The notes below the pieces were generated by a model, which was not told the origin of the DNA, made no database searches, and saw only the letters and a list, made by a program, of their open reading frames with translations. From contig CM097886.1 of the NCBI GenBank assembly GCA_044892525.1, positions 17,608,001 to 17,672,000 on the forward strand: 64,000 bases of DNA, in the 5' to 3' direction. Position numbers and translations under genes: made by a program. Below, piece by piece: positions 1-9,054 of this stretch. Source of the DNA: Schmidtea polychroa. Its lineage: Eukaryota. Within the stretch, counting starts at the first letter, position 1. Every line of letters begins with the position of its first letter.

Positions 1-1185
1 CTTTAGTTTGTAGTTCCAAACAAACTCCGCTAGATTTTTGGGGATTGATTCAACATTCAATGTAATTTAATACAGTGGGATGGTGCAGTAGGTTTATGAA
101 CAGAAGAAATTTAGTAATAAGAGAAAAAACAAAAATCGCTCAGAAACTACCAAAAGATCTCGAGCACAAAATAACAAACTTCCACCGTTTCATAATTCAG
201 CTAAGGAAAAGGCATAAATTTCCATTATCCCATATCGGAAATATGGATGAAACTCCAATGAATTTTGACATGCTTGGTAATAAAACAGTGGATTTTAAAG
301 GTGTAAGAACAGTAAACGTGAAAAGTACAGGACACGAGAAGACAATATTTACAGTGGTATTAGGGTGCATGGCAGATGGTACTAAATTGAAACCAATGGT
401 TATCTTTAAACGTAAAACAAAACCTAAAATAACTTTTCCTCCTGGTGTTTTGGTTCACTTCCACGAGAAAGGGTGGATGGACGAGAATGGTGTAAAGTTA
501 TGGATTGAAAATATTAGGAACAGACGGCCAGGTGGTATACGAAAGCAACGCAGTTTGTTGGTCTGGGATATGTTTCGGAGCCATATAACGGCTAATTCTA
601 AAACTCGTTTAGCGCGCAACAACACCGATTATCCCAGCGGTTATCCCAGGCGGTTTAACTTCTGTACTTCAGCCGCTTGACGTAAGCTTAAATAAGCCAT
701 TCAAGGATAATGCTAGAGCACAACGGAATGAGTGGATGATGAATGGTGAAAAGTCATTTACAAAAAACGGAGCTATGCGTGGTGCCTCACTTGATGTTCT
801 TTGCGAGTTTGTTATAAAAGCATGGGATAATGTTAAGGTAGAAAGTGTCATAAAATCCTTTAAAAAATGTGGAATATCTAATGCCATGGATGGTAGTGAG
901 GATGATTTATTGTATGAAAGCGAAGATGAAGCCGAAGTCGACTTGCCAGAACCAGAATGGAATCCCTACGATGATGGCATCTGTGATGAATCTCGTGATG
1001 TATTCGAAAAACTTTTCGAAACAGACGGTGATGAATTTGATGGGTTTTAGATATGCATAAAAGTAGTATAAATACAACTACCTGTACTGTAATACTTTCT
1101 TTTATATCGGTTGTATAAGACGACCCACAATTTTCAAGGGTGATTTTTTGACTTTAAGGGTCGTCTTATACGCCGAAATATACGG
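1..1185 (+). mobile_element. pogo/Tigger-like (Tc1/mariner superfamily) DNA transposon, 3' part, decayed
   Basis: DDE_1-type transposase remnant followed by the terminal sequence GGGTCGTCTTATACGCCGAAATATACGG|TA (ends 1185, TA at 1186-1187). A subterminal 14-bp inverted pair lies at 1113-1126 (GTATAAGACGACCC) and 1158-1171. Confidence 0.8.
75..1050 (+). pseudogene. pogo-family DDE transposase, frameshifted
   Basis: Motifs GWCSRF, NMDETP, WD.FRSH and, after a frameshift near 628-640 (duplicated TTATCCC), IPGGLTSVLQPLDVSLNKPFK, then KSFKKCGISNAMDGSEDD. The catalytic spacing is about DD35D. Confidence 0.85.
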
Positions 1186-1976
1186 TAATTAAATGAATTG
1201 TGAATTCCTGAATTACGCATATGCATTTCTAATTGTCCCAAACTGTAGTCGTTTTCTTTGCCCAATTTTCCGCTTACGACATTTAGTCTTTCTTTGTGGT
1301 TATTCATTCATTATTTCTGAACATTGGAAGTATCATTGCAGTAATTGAAGGTTTATTCCACTTCCCTTTAATTTGTAATTTCCAGTTCGAAATGCATAGG
1401 CATAATGGGAATCCGTGCATAATTTGATATCTTTTGTAATTTAGGTTTAGCCAACTATCATTTGTGTTCCATATTGTGATTAATTGAGTGTTGGGCTAAA
1501 TTTCAGAGTGGAGAAAACTGGAGCGAATAGAAAAGTAAACCTCGAATAATAAATAAGATAAAAATATAAAAATCTCACTAGTAAATAGAAAGGAACGATA
1601 AAAAATCAATAAGAGAATAAGATAAGGTAAAACAAACTGAATAAAACCCAATAAATCCCTTAAGATTTAGAAATAAAACGAGTTAAAACACACAACGGAT
1701 AAAATAGAAATAGAATAAGTAAAAAAGTGACAACAAATAAACGAGAAATTTAAGAAATAAATAAAAAATAAACCATTTTAAGTCTAATTAAAACAAAAAA
1801 TAATATTACAATAAAATAACAATAAGTCCGCAGAAAAATAGAAGAGAAAATAATAAAAATAAGAAAAAATAAATAAAATAATAATAAGAATAAGCCAAGC
1901 CATTAAAAAAATTTAATATACGATGATAAAAACATAAAAATAATAATAAATAGTAAAAATACAAACGAGTCGCGTC

Positions 1977-2101
1977 CTGATTGGACAGAAAATAATATAT
2001 AAAGAGCGACAAAAATCTGTAGAGTATCATTCTAACCCGAAACTCTACAGGTAAAAATTCATTTAAAATATTATCAATCATTCTAACCCGAAACTCTACA
2101 G
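1977..2101 (+). promoter_or_regulatory. LTR promoter: reverse CCAAT box, TATA box, Inr, short leader exon with splice donor and a 51-nt intron
   Basis: CTGATTGG 1977-1984, TATATAAAG 1996-2004, TCATTC 2027-2032, CAG|GTAAAA at 2050/2051, CTAAC...TACAG| ending 2101. The same layout is in the E2 LTR. Confidence 0.65.
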
Positions 2102-4406
2102 GACTTCAGGACCACTTAGCAGCTATTAGAACTCGTTTACGAAGCAATCCTACAAAACTACTTACAGCCGATAAGCCATTTTAGACTACTGGTTAAGAGC
2201 CTACGGAAAGTATCGAGAACTTAGACGACTTTATTATTCTATTCGATCCAGTTTTAAACTCAAAGGTATGCATTCGATTGATATTATGAATAGTTATTTG
2301 CTGTAAAAATGTTGAAAATAATGAAAAGCAGAATAAATTTTATTCAATAAATTTAATTTGAAATGAACAGCAGCCTTTTTCTTCATGGTACCGGCCACTG
2401 CACTATCTGGGACCTTCAAGCATGATGCGGCAGAGCGAAAATGCGTTGCGAAAGGGTTTGCGAGTATGCATTGCGACGAAGGGACGATATCAGTCGATTT
2501 TCGAAGTTGAAGAAGAATTGAGGAAATTGTCCAGTACGAAGGGACATGCATCTGAATGGCTCGGAAGACATCATGCTTGGAACCCAGCTGGTGGGGTCGC
2601 CGGGTAAATCTGATTTATTCATTTTATGTGTTTTACAAAATTTTTCCATTAATGTCGGAGTTGATTTTGGAATTGCTTGAATAGAGGAGTTGATCGTCTC
2701 CCATGACGGTGCAAGGACGGCGGCAGAAATGAGTGCCGTTCTTGGGTGGGTCATGAGAGGTGAGGAAACTCCGTGAGTCGAAGTATAGCTGAAGAGTGAA
2801 ATTTCCTTCATCGAGTGCGATCGACCACCGCTATCGTCGAAAATACACTTCTTAAAAGAGTAGTCGCGAAGATGAAATCATGAGAAACTCCAGGAGATCG
2901 TCGAATCAAAATCTTTTCACATTACATCCAGTCGCCGTTAATCGCATTGGAAAGTTAGAGTCCATGTCGTATATCCCTCGGGAAATTGGCACGAGAATAT
3001 CTGGTGATTGGGGATCTATAGCTGCGTAAAAAATCCAATGTTGTTCACAGAGAATGTCATAGAGCCCGAGATCTTCTAGAATACACATCGCCAGGACATT
3101 TACGACGAAACCCATAGTCAGTGTACTTTTGAGTTAGATTGTTGGTTATGAGGCCACTGATAAGCCTAGATTTTCTGAGAATAAAACAAACAAATCACGA
3201 GAAATTATCGGAATATTTACGATCGGCGTTAGAGAAACCGCAGTCGAATTTATCAGAAACTGTCAAACTAATTTCAGACAGATTATTATTCACCGGATTG
3301 TATGACTGAGGAAAACCTGACGAAGAGCGAGAGCGATAATCGTCTCTGCAATAGGTTTAGTGAATGCGTTGATAGAGAGATGTCTAAGAGTTGATAACGA
3401 CTAGAGTAAATCATCAGTTCTGACCCGCTAGTGAATTGTCGCGTAATGATTGGGTGGATACTTCTAACCAATCTCCCAGACAACTGAATCTTGATAATCC
3501 GTCTCATTTACACACTATCGGGAAATTCTTTCTCAGTAGACGGCAATTTATTCTAAATCTTAAATGGTTATGTGACACAATCGTGACGTAACAACGAGGG
3601 AGTTAATCGAGAAAATACTACTGTGTGCACAGGCGAAAGAAAGAGTTCACGCGCGTAAAGGCAGACACCCACTCTTAAACTACCATTCGAAGCAAACACG
3701 TCACCAAAACTGATTCACATGCTAGGGACAAATAACAACACTTTAGTATGCATTGTCATATATTGAATTATGTGCCGCCTTTAAACGAAAGACGATATTT
3801 TAATACAACCACATATTACGCAACGTCGTCATGACAACCTCACGGCGAAAATTTAAATAAAACTAAAAATCATAAGTTAAGTCAATAGGGAACCAAAGAT
3901 ATTCTGCTGTTAATTTTTTCCCTTTTTCCTATTTTATTTTATCTATTTGAACTACTTTAATATAACATAACGAGGTCTATTGAATATCGAATTTTTCTTT
4001 TATAATACTACTCGGTTTAGTTGTGTAGAACGTAGTAATGAGGAGTAAAATCGCAAACATCAGATAATGATAAGTAGAATAAAAGGGTTAGTCTTGTTAG
4101 TACTAGACTGAACAAGCATGAAAAGGGGAATAGTCAAACTCATAACACGTACCGATTGTAAAATGATGACAAATAAATTATGTCTAGAATTTTCGTTTTC
4201 TTCTCGTCAGGTGTTGATGGTTGAGGGGATGAATTTGAATGTTTAAAACTGGATGAATGTGGGTGCCGACTGATAATTTGGGCGTTTGAATCACCACTGA
4301 ATGGTTTGATTTCGAAAAAAGGGAACCTCATATGTAAAAATAGGAATAAAATCCTAGCCAATAAATTTTGTAAAATTAACAATGAAAGATTCTATAAACT
4401 CTTTAG

Positions 4407-5168
4407 ATGAATACCTCTACCAGCTCTGGAAAAAATCTTCGCCCGTGTCTCTTCTGCGCCGATAAAAACGCAGATATCGCGCAGCTCCACTTATACATCG
4501 GGGCACTGAAAAAGAGAATTGATCTCTACGAAGGCACGTGGTTCTCCCCGCCACAAATGCAAGAGGAACGCAAGAAAATTCTCCGATTAGAGCATTGCAG
4601 GGACAGCCTGCTAGAGGAAAGCCGTTGCCAGCGGCTCACTATCAAAGCACAATCGGAAGCCCTCCATAAGGTATATACGGAGGCAGAATTGGCCAAACGG
4701 GTCCGAGAATTTCCCGTCATCGAGAAGACCAATGTCTTCCCACCTCACCATCAGGCCTCCCAATCAACTTCAACAAGCTGCCAAAGGCATGGTACCTATC
4801 TGCCGCCCGTCCCGGCTCCAACCTTATCGAGTTATCAACCCTTGGTCGGTGGACCTACCGATCCCATCTTGGCTCCAATCTTGGTGGCACCAATCGGCAC
4901 CGCGAACGTGGAAAACCCTCCGTCTACTCGCAAACGGAAACGGCCAACTCGAGCCGAGAAGAATAAAAAACGCCGAGATGCGATGGCCGCACTCGAAGCG
5001 TCGCTATCGGTAGCCCAATCCACCATAAAGGAAATCTCTTCCAGCCATTCAATTCCAACGAAGGAAATTTTCCGTGTAATTCCCGCAGAGGGCATCAAAT
5101 ACGTCTCTAACCAACAATTGCCGGTCGACATCGACGAGATGCTTGCCGATGGGGAGTCCTTTGACTGA
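4407..5168 (+). CDS. LTR-encoded 253-aa protein (CxxC, coiled coil, Arg/Lys-rich motif, acidic tail), 5' LTR copy
   Basis: Intact ORF, homologous to the 250-aa E2 LTR ORF (LRPC..C.DKNA, EGTWFSP, EHCRD.L..ESR.QR..I..QSEALHKVY); preceded by TTTAG|ATG. Confidence 0.8.
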   Translation: MNTSTSSGKNLRPCLFCADKNADIAQLHLYIGALKKRIDLYEGTWFSPPQMQEERKKILRLEHCRDSLLEESRCQRLTIKAQSEALHKVYTEAELAKRVREFPVIEKTNVFPPHHQASQSTSTSCQRHGTYLPPVPAPTLSSYQPLVGGPTDPILAPILVAPIGTANVENPPSTRKRKRPTRAEKNKKRRDAMAALEASLSVAQSTIKEISSSHSIPTKEIFRVIPAEGIKYVSNQQLPVDIDEMLADGESFD

Positions 5169-5700
5169 CAGATTTCCATTGCCTTGATTCGGCAAGATTC
5201 GGAAGCGGACTTGAGTGTTTGTGAATATTGAACATTTATTTTTGTGACAGCCCCTTTTCCTTGTTATAAATGTAATTATTGTTGTGGATGTAATATAATT
5301 TTTATTGTCTCTCGGTGATTGTTTTTGGCATGCATGATATGGGATTAAAAGTGAACAATAGGACGATATCAGATATAGGTAGCACTACAGAGTCGTCCCC
5401 TTGGACCAGGGAAGGACCGAATGATGTGTAGAGGAACGGGTAAGACCTTCTACGGCGCCATGGAACCCGAACCGAGACAGGGTTAGGAGTAGTCTTAAGG
5501 CAGAGGCTCACCTGCTAACCTTTTCCGACCCGTGTGAGCAGCACCAACGTGGAACATCACCACGGGCTCATACGTGGGAATATGCATTCGATCATCTGGT
5601 GTATGTATGGGAAGTGCCTGAGCGGAACGATGACGCCTTGTATGAGTGAAGGTTGCGCGTGCATAATTTTTCTCTTCCCCACATACGCCAACATGATTTT

Positions 5701-5723
5701 TGGGGGCTCAGCCGGGATTTGAA
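5701..5723 (+). promoter_or_regulatory. Primer binding site, tRNA-Pro-like
   Basis: TGGGGGCTCAGCCGGGATTTGAA is complementary to a tRNA-Pro-type 3' end (...UUCAAAUCCCGGnnGAGCCC-CCA). It is separated from the LTR end by TGATTTT. Confidence 0.85.
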
Positions 5724-6154
5724 TATTGATTTGTTTGATTGTCTATTTTCGTGTTATGATGTGTTAGATTAACAATTTAATTAATTATGATGGAAATGGA
5801 ATCGGGGCCGAACGAATTATAGTGCAATGAAATGATACGAACTGTCTGAGTTTGAAATAGGGCAAGTGGTGAATGAAACGAACCTAAATGAGTTTGAATG
5901 AATATGATGAAGTATGATGAGAAAAGAAAACGGGAATTAGTTATTGTGGTTAATTTTAACTGGTTAAAATAAAAGGGGGGACGAAAGAAAGTAAGTGATT
6001 AAAGCGAAAAGATGAAAGGGGAATTTCAAGGATCGAATAAAATACAAAAGTTAAAACACTAACACATAAAAGTCAACGAATATTAAATACAAACATAATA
6101 ATATTATTTTTAATACCAGCAGGAACAAAATAATAACAACACATTCATTTAGAT

Positions 6155-6634
6155 ATGTCGGAAGCTAGACAACATCTACAACAGCTAAGCCGGTTCATCG
6201 AAATAGAAAATGATTCAATAAAAACATTAAAGGAAAAACTGAAACAAATAGAACTGTTAGAACAACAAAGCCACAACGCACCGCTGATATCCAAACAAAA
6301 CTTTCTAACCGACAGATTAGGATCAACAAATACCAACACTGACTTGTCTATTCATTATCAATGGCTTCAGCAACGTCTCGACGACCCCGCTCTGAACATC
6401 GAATATGTGAGGATACGCGAACAAGTCAAAACTCTGTCTCAGCGGATACGAACATCAATAGTAGAGAAAGCAGCGGCCTTGAGAACTTGTAACATTTGCA
6501 AGATGCGACCTGTCAAAACTCTGATTCTACCTTGTGGGCACCTTAGCCATTGTGACGAATGCGCCGCCAGTTTAATCCGTTGTTCTATGTGCACATGTGT
6601 AATAAAAGAGAAGCACACAATCTACTTCAGTTAG
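6155..6634 (+). CDS. Coiled-coil plus C-terminal IAP/MDM2-type RING finger protein (159 aa)
   Basis: CNIC...LILPCGH..HCDEC...LIRCSMC..VIKEKHTIYFS at the extreme C-terminus; ortholog in E2 at 60586-61071; no BIR seen. Confidence 0.85.
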   Translation: MSEARQHLQQLSRFIEIENDSIKTLKEKLKQIELLEQQSHNAPLISKQNFLTDRLGSTNTNTDLSIHYQWLQQRLDDPALNIEYVRIREQVKTLSQRIRTSIVEKAAALRTCNICKMRPVKTLILPCGHLSHCDECAASLIRCSMCTCVIKEKHTIYFS

Positions 6635-7227
6635 GTACGCGATCGTCGCTCGGTGAAGGAAATTGGATGATTGACAATTAGACTAAACATTTTGATATTT
6701 TTGTTCTGATTTAATTCGGTAATGTTTTATAATGATAGCATATATTATCTGTAATGTGGAGGAAATAACTAATAAATCCTTTTTGTGTATTCATTTCATT
6801 ATACGAAGTTATAAATTGATTTGTGTTGTTATAATTTTCACCATGAAGAAAGGGCATTTTAAAAATTTAAAATGATTATTTAAAGTGGAACTAGTCCCGT
6901 CATAGGGTTAAAGGGGGAATAAACCGAGCCACCTTCGGGAGGTACGATATTGGAAACCGTTGGGGAAGGGACAACCGATCACCCCGAGTAAGAGATGTAA
7001 GACGAGGTACCATCGCGAATATTGAAAAGTTTCTGCGGTATGGCTGATCACCATACCAATGTAGAAATGGATCAATGCGATCGTTTTGCGTTTTAAGCAA
7101 GGGGGGAAAGGGGAAACATTCCAAAGCGGTACAGATTAGGTCGACAAATAAAAGTAAAAATAGGAAGATGACAGTATAGAATAAAGACAGAAAAGGAACG
7201 GAAGCATGCAGAGTTTAGAGACATTAG

Positions 7228-7667
7228 GGCCGAGCTGTCGAAAAGTCCAGCCGGTCAGGGAAATTGAAACTGAGCTGTGAAAAGTCCAGCCAGTCGGGGA
7301 TAATAAGGCCGAGTTGTTGAATAGTCCAACCGGTCAGGAGAAGAAGATTGAGCTGTTGAATAGTGCCAGCCAGTCGTAAGATCGAGTTGTTGAATAGTCC
7401 AACCGGTCAGGAGAAGAAGATTGAGCTGTTGAATAGTGCCAGCCAGTCGTAAGATCGAGTTGTTGAATAGTCCAACCGGTCAGGAGAAGAAGATTGAGCT
7501 GTTGAATAGTGCCAGCCAGTCGTAAGATCGAGTTGTTGAATAGTCCAACCGGTCAGGAGAAGAAGATTGAGCTGTTGAATAGTGCCAGCCAGTCGTAAGA
7601 TCGAGTTGTTGAATAGTCCAACCGGTCAGGAGAGGAAGATTGAGCTGTTGAATAGTGCCAGCCAGTC
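7228..7667 (+). repeat. Tandem array (73-bp dimeric unit) of 12 bulged stem-loop subunits in the 5' leader
   Basis: GAGCTGTTGAA recurs at 7350, 7423, 7496, 7569 and 7642. Alternating subunits are GATTG-A-GCTG..CAGC-CAGTC and GATCG-A-GTTG..CAAC-CGGTC. Confidence 0.95.
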
Positions 7668-9054
7668 GTAAAGGCCTAAAGTAATAGTGAGATAGCATTT
7701 AAGCTACAATTTGATGACATCTAAATTACTAGTGAGATAGAATATTAAAGCTAGCTAGGAACGAATTGAATTTAAATATGGAAATTTGAATTTAGGGAAG
7801 ATTAAACGAGCTCGTGGAAAGTGATAATAAAACCCCGTTAGTGAGGGAGAAACGGAAAAAGGAAAATGAATCAGGAGATAATAGAAACAAAGAATAAGTA
7901 TGAATAGATGATGAACAAAAGAGGAAATAATTAATTAATTAAAAGGGATCCCAGATAAGTAGACAAAGTTCTACAGAATTTTTTTTGGTTTAAACCGGTT
8001 AAACGAATTTTGTTTTTGGTTCCAGAGTAGAACCGAGTAAAAGGAAACAGAGACGAAAGAGTAAATAAAATAGCGGAACCGCGTAAAAGGATTAAGGAAA
8101 ATATGGGGGGTAATAAGCAGTAACTGACAACGACCTATCGATATTATAAATGCTAACTATAGATAATTTATACGACTATATAGATAATTGTTACTACCCC
8201 AAATAGATAATTTAAAATCGACGAAAAATATGGGTTGATGGGTAATTACACTCCACGAAGAAGTGTATGAGGGGAAATGAAGAGAAGTATAACAGAGGCC
8301 CAAAAACGGTGTCTGTGCTTGAATATGGTAAAAAGGAATGATTGATTCGTGTAAGCAAATGCAACACGATATCATTTTTTCATTGTAGATATCCATCCAA
8401 CCAAGTCAATTCAGAACCAGCTCAAAAGGAATCTAGAGAATATACAAACAACCCAGGAAAAGCAATTCAGAACCCGCACAAAGGAAAAAACAAATCAATC
8501 CAAATACGGAGGACGACAACGACATCTTTATCTACGACGGAATTATCGAAATACTTAGCATCGACGTACTAGCAGAAGTCAATCAAGGACTCAGATATCT
8601 CCTCCGGAAATCAGCCGAGAAATTACGCAGAATATTCCTCGAAGAAAACACTATCAGAACCGAACTCGACCAATTCAGCAGCCGCTAACCGTAGAAAAAC
8701 CCACGTGGAAAGACAGAAAAGAGTAAAAAGAAAATCACGGATAAACCCAACCTTAGATCTTCAAGTAAGCCAGGAGACGTATTATTTTCAAGAGACGAAT
8801 TAGATCAACTCAAAAGAGGACGATCATTTAGGCAGCAGAGAGGAATATCACAAGGAGCAAAAAGACCCCACAAAACACCGATATACGATCAAGAAAACCC
8901 CACAGCCAGACATACGCCCAGTCGATCTAGAAGTAGAGAAAGCCTATCCGATATAACAAACAACCTAACCGGGTCAACAGAAGAATTATCCGTCTATAAT
9001 TTAGCGACATCGCTGGAAAATTTAAAAGAAACAATAGAGTTACAAGAACCAGTC

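Larger units (their letters stand above)
1489..5693 (+). repeat. E1 5' LTR (4,205 bp)
   Basis: Direct repeat of 28047-32251; begins TGTTGG and ends CCAACA; no indels and only about 3 substitutions seen by eye. Confidence 0.97.

Noticed and set aside
1500-1990. A-rich stretch giving a hydrophobic F/L/Y ORF (1806-2081, minus strand)
   Set aside because: Compositional artefact of the A-rich LTR start; E2 keeps the composition but not the ORF.
2294-3507. Several 60-130-aa ORFs on both strands inside the LTR
   Set aside because: No recognisable motifs and no convincing counterpart in the E2 LTR. A spliced antisense gene could not be assembled by eye, though it is not excluded.
7228-7667. CRISPR-like appearance of the regularly spaced repeats (also 59494-60005)
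   Set aside because: There are no unique spacers (units are homogenised tandem copies), no cas genes, and the context is a eukaryotic retroelement.
8157-8396. Antisense peptide VDFKLSIWGSNNYL shared with E2 (58802-58987)
   Set aside because: It reflects a conserved nucleotide block; flanking translations and start codons are not conserved.
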